Assembly (NCBI GenBank): GCA_963735035.1
Contig: CAVTJJ010000006.1
Span: forward strand, 416,001 to 480,000
Reading direction: 5' to 3'
DNA length: 64,000 bases
Source: an uncultured candidate division Zixibacteria bacterium
GTDB lineage: Bacteria > Zixibacteria > MSB-5A5 > GN15 > FEB-12
Positions 50,384-59,981 of this stretch are shown here, piece after piece; within the stretch, counting starts at the first letter, position 1; each line of letters opens with the position of its first letter. Below the pieces are notes generated by a model. The model had not been told where the DNA came from, made no database searches, and saw nothing but the letters and a program-made list of their open reading frames with translations. The position numbers and the translations under genes are program-made.

Positions 50384-51631
50384 TTATTGAAGATCAAATA
50401 TCTGTATCCGACCGTTGTGGCCGTCGGCCACGTACAGTTTCCCCCCGAATATCTGTGCGTCAAAGGGAGTGTCAAACGCTCCGGTTGAAGTGCCGGCAGC
50501 AGCCTGTCCGGAAGCCTCCCAACCTGAAGTCACCCCGCCGCCGGACTTGCCGCCCAGCCAGGCTACAAACTGGCCGTCGAGAGTGAATTTCTGAATGCGG
50601 TGGTTGCCGTTGTCGGCCACCAGGAGACTATCGCCCTCGGTCAAACGAACCGAAACCGGGTTTACAAAGCCGCCCGGAAGAGAACTGGGCCCGGATAGAC
50701 CGTCCGCGGTCCAGCCCGTGACTACGCTACCGTCCTGACGAGCGCCGATCCAGCCAAGAGAAAGTCCGGCGGAATCGAATTTTTGGATCCGATGATTGCC
50801 GGTCTCTGCCACATAGATTGCGCCCGAACTGTCTACCAGGACCATGTGGGGCTTGTAGAATCCACCCAGAGCCGTAGACTGCTTGGCTCTACCTGTGGTC
50901 GCAAAACCGTCGGTGGTACTGTCATCTTCCTTCATGCCTATCCAGCCCACCAAATCACCGTTGGGACGAAACTTGAAAATCCGATTGCCGTCAAAATCCG
51001 AAACCCACCAGTTGAACCAGCGATCAACATACACGTTGGAGATGCCCTGAAGATTCAGCGTGGTGTCAGCCGGGGTTTGAAAGAACAAACCGAGATACGT
51101 TCCGTCGGCGCCATAACGATGGACCCGCCCGTAGAGTGCCGTATACATGTAATCCGCTACCACCAAATTACCGTCCTGATCGAAATCAACGGAGTGGGGC
51201 ATGTACAGACGCCCGATATCAGTACCGCGGTCGGGAAGGCCACTTCGATGCCAGCCTGACGCCGAATTTGTCTGGTCTCTTACCGATCCCAGCCAACCGT
51301 CAAACTGAAGCGATGGAGTGAATCTCACCACTCTGCCTTCTTCCAGATCGGGAACATAGAGAACTCCGTCACTGCCTACCGCGAGTCCGTACGGTTTGGT
51401 GAATCCGGTGATAATTTGAAGTGTTCCTCCGGCATATTGAGCTGAATCGACTTTCCAGGGTATTGCTTCTGGAGGAGGCGGGTTGGAAACCATTTTGTTG
51501 TGATCCTCGCAAGCTATTTCGAATACGGCCAATAACCCACTGCAGAGCAGAAGTAGCACCATGCCGGTCATCGCTCGTCTTATTTTGGTCTTCACGGAAT
51601 CTTGTACCCCATACCTGTCGGAATTCATCAC
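50384..51631 (-). CDS. NHL-repeat beta-propeller, exported
   Basis: Repeated F..P...V.D.GN.RIQKF; hydrophobic N-terminus ending IAC. Confidence 0.85.
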   Translation of the reverse strand: MMNSDRYGVQDSVKTKIRRAMTGMVLLLLCSGLLAVFEIACEDHNKMVSNPPPPEAIPWKVDSAQYAGGTLQIITGFTKPYGLAVGSDGVLYVPDLEEGRVVRFTPSLQFDGWLGSVRDQTNSASGWHRSGLPDRGTDIGRLYMPHSVDFDQDGNLVVADYMYTALYGRVHRYGADGTYLGLFFQTPADTTLNLQGISNVYVDRWFNWWVSDFDGNRIFKFRPNGDLVGWIGMKEDDSTTDGFATTGRAKQSTALGGFYKPHMVLVDSSGAIYVAETGNHRIQKFDSAGLSLGWIGARQDGSVVTGWTADGLSGPSSLPGGFVNPVSVRLTEGDSLLVADNGNHRIQKFTLDGQFVAWLGGKSGGGVTSGWEASGQAAAGTSTGAFDTPFDAQIFGGKLYVADGHNGRIQIFDLQ

Positions 51632-51878
51632 TTCACACGTTCGCGATCAAGCCTTTTACATCTCGTGTACGATGGTTCTTAAACGGAACTAGTTTCCGGG
51701 CAAGCCGGAAGATAGTTCCTCCGGAAGCGGGGGGCAGAGCCGTCGCACACCAGGCCCGCTGATTGGAGTTGCTAACGTGCAGTGTCGCAAATGGTTGGAC
51801 GGGTCAAAAAATGACGCGAGAGCGAGCTCCGTGGCACGGCGTTTGTGTTAGAGTTGCTGCTAGATTAAGGCAGGAAAT

Positions 51879-53003
51879 ATGAGCAATAAGATCACTTACC
51901 GAAATAACCCCGACAACACATCGTCAGAATCAAACGAAGATTCAGCCAGAACAAGCCGATTTGAGGTAGATCTCCCGGCTATGTTCAAGCTGTTACTGCA
52001 GCGGCGTCGCTGGATATTCAGCGTAGTCGGAACTGTATTCATGGCTACGGCCGTAATCATGTTTTCCACTCACAATCGCTATGTGTCTCAGGCGGTGATA
52101 CTACCGTCGGGCAAGAGCGACAAATTTTCGGCGTTACGCGCTATGGCCGGACTGACGGGTGGTCTGAATCTCGGTGACGACAATACATCCGAGCTCTACC
52201 CTGTGATTCTTCAATCCAATCTGGTGGTCGACTCAGTATTGGCCCGGGAATATACCTTCACTGATGACAGTGACACCATACGGACGACTCTGGCTCAGTA
52301 CATCGGGAAGGACAAGCCGGAATTGTTGAGGCGTTCCCTCGCGGGGATGACTTCAATCAGCACGAGTACCCGGACCGGTGAAATCACCCTGGCGGTCGAA
52401 ACCGAATTTCCAGCGCTTTCCCAACAAGTGGTCTCCGAGTACCTGAACCAACTCGAACGGTATAACTTATTCAGCCGACGTTCCGAAGCTTCAGAGCGAG
52501 TACGGTATCTGGCGCGAGAGCTGGAGGATCGGGAGAAGGCCCTGCGGCAGGCCGAGGATTCTCTCGAGTCCTATCAGAGCCGCAACCGGAACTGGGCGAT
52601 GACAAGCAGCCCACCGTTGTTGAAAGATCTCGTCCGTCTGAAACGTGAGGCCGAAGCCAAGACCCAGACATATGCCTACTTGCTTCAGGAGTACGAAGTC
52701 GCGAGACTGGACGTCCAGAAAGACATGCCGGTAGTTCGTGTTCTCGACCGCGCCTCGTTGCCAACCGTGAAATCGGGCCCCAAACGAGTGATTACTATCC
52801 TGGGTGCTTCCGCGGCGACCTTTGTGTTTATGGTCATAGCGATTTTCGGCGCCGATCTGGTGCAACAGGCGCGACGTCAGGTCGATCCGGAGACTCGGAA
52901 GGAACTATCGGAAATGACAGCCTCCAGTTTTCCGCGTGGTCGACGCCTGTACAACCGGGTACAAGAGCGTCTGAAGAGGGAGCCAATTTCGGTGGACAAA
53001 TAG
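51879..53003 (+). CDS. Wzz/GNVR chain-length regulator
   Basis: Two TM helices, coiled coil, VRVLDRASLP.VKSGPKR. Confidence 0.85.
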   Translation: MSNKITYRNNPDNTSSESNEDSARTSRFEVDLPAMFKLLLQRRRWIFSVVGTVFMATAVIMFSTHNRYVSQAVILPSGKSDKFSALRAMAGLTGGLNLGDDNTSELYPVILQSNLVVDSVLAREYTFTDDSDTIRTTLAQYIGKDKPELLRRSLAGMTSISTSTRTGEITLAVETEFPALSQQVVSEYLNQLERYNLFSRRSEASERVRYLARELEDREKALRQAEDSLESYQSRNRNWAMTSSPPLLKDLVRLKREAEAKTQTYAYLLQEYEVARLDVQKDMPVVRVLDRASLPTVKSGPKRVITILGASAATFVFMVIAIFGADLVQQARRQVDPETRKELSEMTASSFPRGRRLYNRVQERLKREPISVDK

Positions 53004-53089
53004 CCCAAATTGGCCTTTCTTAGGGCCTCGTAACCAGCCCCGGAGAGAAATTGGCCGGGACAGCCCTTATTTCTACGATGGCGATTAGC

Positions 53090-54064
53090 GTGTCCGAAAC
53101 TTCCAGACCGATGTCAAAGACAGCCATTCAAACGGCCCTCGTGCTACCTACGCTCAACGCAGGCGCCGATTTTGTGGTGTGGCTGGATGCTCTGCGGGAG
53201 CAAACCTGCCGGCCTGATCGCCTGCTCCTGATCGATTCCTCGTCCTCCGATTCGACGGGAGAAATGGCCCGGGAATTCGGTTTTGAAGTTCGAACGATCG
53301 AGCAACGTGACTTTTCTCACGGCGGTACTCGCCGGGAAAGTGTCGAACTGCTCGCTGACTCCGAGGTCGTGATCTTCATGACTCAGGATGCCTTTTTCGC
53401 GTCACCCGACGCCCTTGCCAGGCTTGTCGCCCGGTTCGATGATCCCAAAGTTGGCGCGGTTTACGGTCGGCAGTTGCCGCGTAGAGGGGCCAAACCTATC
53501 GAGGCTCACGCCCGGCTGTACAACTACCCTCGGGAATCGTGCGTTAAGACACGCGAGGACATCCCTCAGCTAGGACTCAAGACCTCATTCATTTCGAATT
53601 CTTTTGCCGCCTGGCGACGGACTGCCCTTCTTGAAAGCGGTGGTTTCCCGACTCATACGATTCAAAACGAAGATGCCTTTGTGGCTTCGCGCATGATTCT
53701 ATCCGGCTGGAAAGTAGTCTATGCCGCCGACGCCGAAGTCTACCATTCGCACCCATTCACCTGGGGACAGGAATTTCGGCGTTACTTCGACATAGGTGTA
53801 TTTCACGCCCGCGATCCCTGGATCCGATCGCAATTCGGCCAGGCGGGAGGCGAAGGGCTTCGGTTCGTTAAATCCGAACTGCGATATCTTCGAAGCAAGC
53901 AGCCGACCGCTATTCCATCAGCGATAATCCGTACGGGACTGAAACTCCTGGGCTATAAACTCGGACACATCGAAAAACATCTACCGCACGGTTTGAAAGA
54001 GCGATTGAGCGCTAACAAGGCGTACTGGGAACGGGCCGACGTCGAGCAGGAGGTGACAACGTGA
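53090..54064 (+). CDS. GT2 glycosyltransferase (RfbN-like rhamnosyltransferase)
   Basis: PTLNAG, IDSSSSD, FSHGGTR, MTQDA, YGRQLP, SNSFAA, EFRRYFDIGVFH. Confidence 0.88.
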   Translation: MSETSRPMSKTAIQTALVLPTLNAGADFVVWLDALREQTCRPDRLLLIDSSSSDSTGEMAREFGFEVRTIEQRDFSHGGTRRESVELLADSEVVIFMTQDAFFASPDALARLVARFDDPKVGAVYGRQLPRRGAKPIEAHARLYNYPRESCVKTREDIPQLGLKTSFISNSFAAWRRTALLESGGFPTHTIQNEDAFVASRMILSGWKVVYAADAEVYHSHPFTWGQEFRRYFDIGVFHARDPWIRSQFGQAGGEGLRFVKSELRYLRSKQPTAIPSAIIRTGLKLLGYKLGHIEKHLPHGLKERLSANKAYWERADVEQEVTT

Positions 54065-55149
54065 GCAGTTGTGTCATCTTTGGCGGCTCAGGATTTATCG
54101 GTACGCACATGGCCCGGCATTTCCTCAAGACCGGCCGGTTTCAGCACGTGCATCTGGCGGATATAGCGCCCACGTCGCTGCAGACTACGCCCGGTGTTTC
54201 TTATTCTCTTACCGACGTACGCGAGAACATCTCGACCTCGCTGGTGAAAGAACGCCCCGAATGGATCTTCAATTTGGCGGCCATTCACCGCGAACCGGGG
54301 CACGAACGTCACGAGTATTTCGAGACCAATCTGGCCGGTGCCCGCAATGTGTGCGACTTCGCCGAAGCGGTAGGCTGCAACAATATCTATTTCACGAGCA
54401 GTATTTCGGTCTACGGCCCCACGACCGGACCGACCAGCGAGCAGTCACCGATCCGACCGTCGACTCCCTACGGTAGTTCGAAATTTCCCGCCGAGTTGAT
54501 GCACGAATCGTGGCGGCGCGCCGGTACAAATCGGAGGCTGATAATCGCCCGCCCCGGCGTAGTCTATGGTCCCGGCGATCCGGGTAATATCATGCGGATG
54601 ATCCGGGCCATCCATCGTGGTTATTTCGCCTTCCCCGGTGATCGACACATTTACAAATCATACGCCTATATCTACGGACTTCTGGACAGTGTCGATTTTG
54701 CGATGGACCGCACCGAACCTACGATTACTTACAATTATGTTGAGACGCCAACCCAACCTTTGGACGAAGTGGTCAAGCAGGTAAAGGGATTCCTGGGATG
54801 TCGCGCTCTTGTGATGCCGCTCCCGCTCTGGCTGCTGCTCCCTGCATCAAGATTGATACAGGCGTTCGCGGGCAATCGAAATCCGATCCACCCGGTGCGG
54901 GTTCGTAAGGCGGCCACTCCGACTCATATTGTTCCGCAGACGCTTCTGGATCTGGGTTTTCGATTCAAGTACGATTTTCTCTCGTCACTTGTGCATTGGT
55001 ACGAAGTTGCCCCATCGGATTTTGAATTTGCATTGCCGCTAAAGCGTTCGGGTAAGTTGACCTTGATGCGCAGCGGCGAGAATACCGACTCACGTGATGC
55101 CGAAGGCATTGCTGTGCTCGAAGAGGAAGAGGCCCGCCGAGAAGTCTAG
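54061..55149 (+). CDS. NAD-dependent epimerase/dehydratase
   Basis: GGSGFIG, TSSISVYG, YGSSK, RPGVVYG. Confidence 0.9.
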   Translation: MSSCVIFGGSGFIGTHMARHFLKTGRFQHVHLADIAPTSLQTTPGVSYSLTDVRENISTSLVKERPEWIFNLAAIHREPGHERHEYFETNLAGARNVCDFAEAVGCNNIYFTSSISVYGPTTGPTSEQSPIRPSTPYGSSKFPAELMHESWRRAGTNRRLIIARPGVVYGPGDPGNIMRMIRAIHRGYFAFPGDRHIYKSYAYIYGLLDSVDFAMDRTEPTITYNYVETPTQPLDEVVKQVKGFLGCRALVMPLPLWLLLPASRLIQAFAGNRNPIHPVRVRKAATPTHIVPQTLLDLGFRFKYDFLSSLVHWYEVAPSDFEFALPLKRSGKLTLMRSGENTDSRDAEGIAVLEEEEARREV

Positions 55150-55166
55150 TGGATTCGTTCGAAGCA

Positions 55167-55205
55167 AACAAAAAGGCCGCGGATGTTCTATCAGCGGCTT
55201 TCTTC
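55167..55205. terminator. Bidirectional terminator
   Basis: AAAAAGGCCGC...GCGGCTTTCTT between convergent genes. Confidence 0.65.
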
Positions 55206-55221
55206 ATATCAAGTAATCATC

Positions 55222-56634
55222 TTAGTCACAGTGGCCGGGGCCAATGAGACCGTTGTTATAGTTGTCCAACTTGCTCTGCCAGTTCAGTACCAACTTCTGA
55301 TTGGTCTTGCTTAACGAAGCCCAATCCAGATAGTTGTGAGTGGCCAGGAAAGTATCGGCGGCGCTAATAATGCTTGCAACGGCTCCGTTACTGGCGCCAG
55401 CTGCTATATTCAGCTTCGCGCCCAACAACTGTGCATACAGCTTGGTGATGCCGTTCGACGGCGCCCCATAGGTCTTCATGACCAGGATGTTATGAGCTAT
55501 GACGCCACTGCTGACTTCCATGCTCTCGATGCCGCCGGGAGTGCCCAGCCAGATCGGCAGGTACTGCGTGACGTAATCCGGCTGCGGGCCGAATCCACCG
55601 TGATTCTTCCAGTAGCCGATGGTCAGCGTACAGCCACCCAGATGCGGCGAGTAGAGACCGGCGTCCCAGGTCATGTCGTTCTCACCGGAATCCAGCGTTG
55701 TGCAGGCGGTCAGACCGGTCGTTAGATCGGCATCGCTGTCAACCGCATCGTCCAGCCCCTGATCCATCGGGCTGAAATCCATGCCTTCGGGAGCCACAAA
55801 GAGAACGCGGTAATCACCGGGAGTCAGGTTGGCGAACAGGTAATGGCCGCTCGCATCGGTGGTTGTCGTGGCCAGTACGTTTCCGGCGCAATCTTGAAGC
55901 TGCACTGTTACACCCGGAATACCGACTTCACCGACATCCTGAATTCCGTTCTCGTTGGTGTCGTACCAGACGAAATCACCGAGAGAAGCGGGCTTGGGCA
56001 CTACCGGCAGGTCGAATCTCAAAAGAGCCTGTTTTTCGGCATCACCGACAGTCGGCCAGCCCACGAACATGTCGGGTATCAGACCCATGTTGTCATTCGG
56101 GTAATTCTGAGCGATGGAAGCGTCGGCCAGCGCCGCATACTGTTCACTCACTGGTCCACCCGGAGTGGAGTAAGTGACTTCCAGCATCGGCTGATTGGCT
56201 ACGTTCTCACGACTGTTGATCCAGGTCCTCGGCGTCTCATCCAGCCCCTGTTTCAGCAAGACACCGAAATTGGCAGCGTCGCCGCTGGACCAGGACTGCA
56301 CCAGGGCCGTAATGTCGACCGTCTTCCAGCCCGGGGCGTCGGACAGGAATGAGCCCTGGGTGGTTCCGTCGAAGGCACCGGCGAAGCTATTCCAAGTGAC
56401 TACGGATTCAACCCAGTCAGCCGTGATACGGTGAGCCGTAATCGTGCGGCTGCTAGCTTGACTTACATAGACATGAAGGACGGCGGAAGTGACGCCATCG
56501 CCGACCGTCGGCGCATACTGTACCGCCAGGTACGGAGCCACGCCCATGTTGTTCTGCTCCGGATTTTGCGAACAGCCGACCAGCAGTATGGCTACTGCGA
56601 CCGGCACCAACAGAAACCTGATCGATTTTGACAC
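55222..56634 (-). CDS. Lipoprotein: DNRLRE/CBM96-like domain, SdrD B-like domain and a C-terminal helical domain
   Basis: SD GAGGAG before GTG 56634; lipobox [37 protein letters not shown]...NNG...PGHC. Confidence 0.82.
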   Translation of the reverse strand: MSKSIRFLLVPVAVAILLVGCSQNPEQNNMGVAPYLAVQYAPTVGDGVTSAVLHVYVSQASSRTITAHRITADWVESVVTWNSFAGAFDGTTQGSFLSDAPGWKTVDITALVQSWSSGDAANFGVLLKQGLDETPRTWINSRENVANQPMLEVTYSTPGGPVSEQYAALADASIAQNYPNDNMGLIPDMFVGWPTVGDAEKQALLRFDLPVVPKPASLGDFVWYDTNENGIQDVGEVGIPGVTVQLQDCAGNVLATTTTDASGHYLFANLTPGDYRVLFVAPEGMDFSPMDQGLDDAVDSDADLTTGLTACTTLDSGENDMTWDAGLYSPHLGGCTLTIGYWKNHGGFGPQPDYVTQYLPIWLGTPGGIESMEVSSGVIAHNILVMKTYGAPSNGITKLYAQLLGAKLNIAAGASNGAVASIISAADTFLATHNYLDWASLSKTNQKLVLNWQSKLDNYNNGLIGPGHCD

Positions 56635-56784
56635 TCTTGGATCTCCTCTCAATAAGTGACAATGGGATCAACTATTATGCAAACACGTTAATACTCTTGG
56701 CGAGATAGGTAAACTAGCCTGAATAGCGATATTTCATAAGTGCCTGTTTATCACAGCGAGTCACGCTCGCAGATCATAAGTAAA

Positions 56785-56800
56785 GGCAAAGAACGTGCCT
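56785..56800 (-). promoter_or_regulatory. Sigma54 (-24/-12) promoter candidate
   Basis: AGGCACGTTCTTTGCC = GG-N10-GC. Confidence 0.55.
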
Positions 56801-56936
56801 GATTTCCCAATGAGGCCAAGTGAACGTATCCATGTATTACAAACGTGGACCCGACTTGGCCACTATTGTGTGTGACGTCCGATAACCTATATGAGAATAG
56901 TCTTAGATTCTGACCGAAAGATTCGAGTAAGTGTAC

Positions 56937-58193
56937 CTACCGGTACACGCTGTCTGGCTGCCAGGAGAACGCCCAGACCGCCACCAGAATCTGGCGAAGT
57001 TCTTCGTCGGCAAAGACGCACTCAGTCAACGAGCCGGCAATGAACGCCACAGTGGCGACCAGTCCGGCCAGAGCAAGTGCTCTCTGGGCGGAAGACCCGC
57101 CCGGAAGGCGGCTGAACTTCCACAGATGTCGAACGGCGACTGTAATGAAGATCAGAAACAATATTGCGGCCGGAAAACCACTTACTGCCGCCTGATGGAG
57201 AATATCATCGTGAGCGTGGCCTTTGGATCCGGTGCCGGCAAACTCGGGCGGCAAGTGTGCGGCATACGCCTCGCCGAAATTGCCCGGACCACAACCGAAC
57301 AGAGGGTTGTCTATTGCTACATCCCAGGCGCGCGCCCAAATAAACACCCGACCTTCGGGGTTGTCTGGTTGCCAGTCGTTGGACACACGCTGAGAAAAAA
57401 CGCCCCAGAGCCCGGGGGAGAGGACCAGCGCCAATACTGCGACGGCAATCAGTCCAACAATCACCCAACGCAGGCGACCGAGCAGCAATCCGAGCGCCGC
57501 CAAACCAATCACGAATGCCGCCATCGGACCCCGACTATTGCTTAGGACCGACGCCAGCACTCCGAGCGTGGCCGTCAAGAGTAGTACCAGGCGCATGATG
57601 CGATCCTGGGACCGAAAGGTGCGGATCAGGTAGGTCAGGAAGAAGACTGTCGCGGTCACGACATAGTAACCGTACGTCAACGGATGAGAAAAACTTCCGG
57701 AGAGACGAAAGCTGTCACCGGTCGTGTGAAGATGCTGATCTGAGAAGAAACGAACTCCGTTGAAATGCTGCACGATTCCGTAAACCGAAGCCAGCGCCAG
57801 CCCCGACGCCAACGCAATGAGCAGCTTCCGTGAGAGTCTTGGGTCGCGATTAAGGAATAAGCCAATGGGGAGAATGACCAGCAGCCATTCTTCCCGGATG
57901 CAGTTCAGGGAGCGCCACGGATTGTCATTCACCAGGGACGAAATGACCAGCCAGACAAAATAGACGAGCCAGGCCACGAGTAGTGGCTTCAAAGGGTCCT
58001 TTTCAGGCCAGGACCGCTGCCTTATCAGGACGACGCCATAGAGGACGACGCAAAGGCCGAGAGAAACCTGGGCGGCCGCTATAGAAAACGCCGAGGCGAA
58101 GAGAAATATGCCAAAAACGATAGCCAGACCGCTGCGAAGTCGGCTATCTGGGGCACCCGAATCAGATGCTATGGTTTGGGCCTGGCTGCACAT
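56937..58193 (-). CDS. O-antigen ligase (WaaL/Wzy_C) family protein
   Basis: Multi-TM; RLSGSF.HP, SRG, R..IW..A, NPLFGCG.G, HAHD. Confidence 0.88.
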   Translation of the reverse strand: MCSQAQTIASDSGAPDSRLRSGLAIVFGIFLFASAFSIAAAQVSLGLCVVLYGVVLIRQRSWPEKDPLKPLLVAWLVYFVWLVISSLVNDNPWRSLNCIREEWLLVILPIGLFLNRDPRLSRKLLIALASGLALASVYGIVQHFNGVRFFSDQHLHTTGDSFRLSGSFSHPLTYGYYVVTATVFFLTYLIRTFRSQDRIMRLVLLLTATLGVLASVLSNSRGPMAAFVIGLAALGLLLGRLRWVIVGLIAVAVLALVLSPGLWGVFSQRVSNDWQPDNPEGRVFIWARAWDVAIDNPLFGCGPGNFGEAYAAHLPPEFAGTGSKGHAHDDILHQAAVSGFPAAILFLIFITVAVRHLWKFSRLPGGSSAQRALALAGLVATVAFIAGSLTECVFADEELRQILVAVWAFSWQPDSVYR

Positions 58194-58201
58194 GAAGCGA
58201 C

Positions 58202-58230
58202 AAAGTATTCCGGAACGTGGGTCCTCACAA
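58202..58230 (-). promoter_or_regulatory. Sigma70-type promoter, probably leaderless
   Basis: TTGTGA-N17-TACTTT, 8 nt before ATG 58193. Confidence 0.5.
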
Positions 58231-58389
58231 GGATTGTTTGGGAGCGGCCGGAAATTGAGATGCCACCCCCCTGACCGATGCCTCGGTGTCCGGAACGGCT
58301 CATTTTTTGGATTGATTTTGTCGACCTGGGTCGTATATTGACGCTCCCTGAAATCAGGGAGACGCGGTTTTCCGCGATTGCCAGCCCGT

Positions 58390-58474
58390 GGTGGGGTTCC
58401 CGAGTGGCCAAAGGGAACAGACTGTAAATCTGTCGGCGTTGCCTTCGAAGGTTCGAATCCTTCCCCCACCACCA
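58390..58474 (+). tRNA. tRNA-Tyr(GTA)
   Basis: GGTGGGG...ACAGA-CT-GTA-AA-TCTGT, long variable arm, TTCGAAT, CCCCACC-ACCA. Confidence 0.97.
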
Positions 58475-58599
58475 GTACCTGTCCAAACTCCCGAGGGGTT
58501 CCGTCCCGAAGTTCAGTCAGACGGTCGGCAGCTCTTGGCCGACTGAGCGCTTCTTTTTGCAACCCATGGGCCATATCTTTCGTCTTCTTTGGAACGAAC

Positions 58600-59973
58600 A
58601 TGATCGATCTTGAAGAGAAAACCCGAGCCGATTACACTGAGGGATCAGTCTTTATCTCCATTTTCAAGATGGGGCTGCCCTCGATGGTGGGCTACATGGC
58701 CCAGCACCTGTACGCCATGGCGAATATGTTCTGGGTGGCCAGGCTTCCGGAGTCCGAATCGGCGGTGGCCGGGATAACATTCTTCAATAATTTCCTCTTC
58801 TTCTTGTTTGCCCTCAACGCCATGGTCGGACCGGGGTCGGTGGCGGTGATTTCGCGGCGGTACGGCGAGCGAGCTTTCGACGAGGCCGAGACGGCTATCA
58901 AAGAATGCCTGACCATGAAGCTTTTTTTCGGGGTGGTTATGGCCCTGTTCGGTTACATCTATCTGGAAGACATGCTGAGCCTGTTGGGGGCGCGCGGGGA
59001 AGCCCTAAGGCTGGCGACCGGCTACGGCCAGATACTTCTGATCGGCCTGCCGATCCAGTACGCAACATTTACCATCTTCACGGCCATGCGGGGCGTGGCC
59101 AATCCTACCCTGGCGATGGGCCTGATGCTCGGAGCCAATATCTTCAACGCCGCCCTCGACCCGATCTTGATATTCGGATATCTCGGCTTTCCCGCTATGG
59201 GGGTCAACGGTGCTGCCTGGGCTTCCGTTATCACTTTCAGCCTGGCATTGATTATCGGGTTCGTACTTTTCCAAACCAGGTGGACGAATGTGAACCTGAG
59301 TCTGGGCCACCACTCTCGAATGAGCGTGGCCTCGATGTGGAAGATCGTTCGGATAGGGATTCCGGCTTTCATAGGCGAAGCTTCGTTCTCCGGTTCGCGT
59401 CTCCTGATTACGCCGATTGTCGCCGCCTACGGGACCGACGTTGTAGCGGCATACGGAGTCGGAATGCAGCTTACCGGTTTCGGAGTGATGATTCTGGTGG
59501 GGCTGGGTCTCGGGCTGTCTTCTCTTATTGGACACAACATGGGAGCGGCCAAGCTCGAACGGGCCCGCAAGACGGCCGATCACTCGATTTTGGCTGGTAT
59601 CGGCACCATGGCCTTGTTCGGACTCGCCACGTTTGTCGGGGCGGAATACTACCTGAGACTGTTCTTTGAATCCCCTACAACCATCCATCATGGCGTGGAA
59701 ATGCTTCGGATTATGGCCCTCGGATTCCCGTTTCTGGGCGCCTTCCTCATGATCGAGCAGATATATGTCGGCGTGGGCCAAAACATCCCGCCCATGGTCG
59801 TTCTCGGTATACACGGCTGGGGATTGCAGGTGGTCCCGGCGCTTCTGACAACGCAGGTATTTGGTCTCGGACAAACTGCTGTCTGGTGGGTGCTCGCAAT
59901 GTCGGGAGGGATTAGTTCGGCCGCGTTCTATTTGTATTACCGTCGCGGCAAGTGGCTGTCGTCAACAGTCTGA
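58600..59973 (+). CDS. MATE family efflux transporter
   Basis: DYTEGS, 12-TM pattern, LDPILIFG.LGFP.MGV.GAA.A, GHNMGA. Confidence 0.92.
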   Translation: MIDLEEKTRADYTEGSVFISIFKMGLPSMVGYMAQHLYAMANMFWVARLPESESAVAGITFFNNFLFFLFALNAMVGPGSVAVISRRYGERAFDEAETAIKECLTMKLFFGVVMALFGYIYLEDMLSLLGARGEALRLATGYGQILLIGLPIQYATFTIFTAMRGVANPTLAMGLMLGANIFNAALDPILIFGYLGFPAMGVNGAAWASVITFSLALIIGFVLFQTRWTNVNLSLGHHSRMSVASMWKIVRIGIPAFIGEASFSGSRLLITPIVAAYGTDVVAAYGVGMQLTGFGVMILVGLGLGLSSLIGHNMGAAKLERARKTADHSILAGIGTMALFGLATFVGAEYYLRLFFESPTTIHHGVEMLRIMALGFPFLGAFLMIEQIYVGVGQNIPPMVVLGIHGWGLQVVPALLTTQVFGLGQTAVWWVLAMSGGISSAAFYLYYRRGKWLSSTV

Positions 59974-59981
59974 TCGAGTCG

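Noticed and set aside
58169..58601. ORFs and N-terminal extensions overlapping tRNA-Tyr (ligase to 58601, MATE from 58378)
   Set aside because: They overlap the tRNA; better starts are 58193 and 58600. The 29180 extension over tRNA-Thr is rejected likewise.
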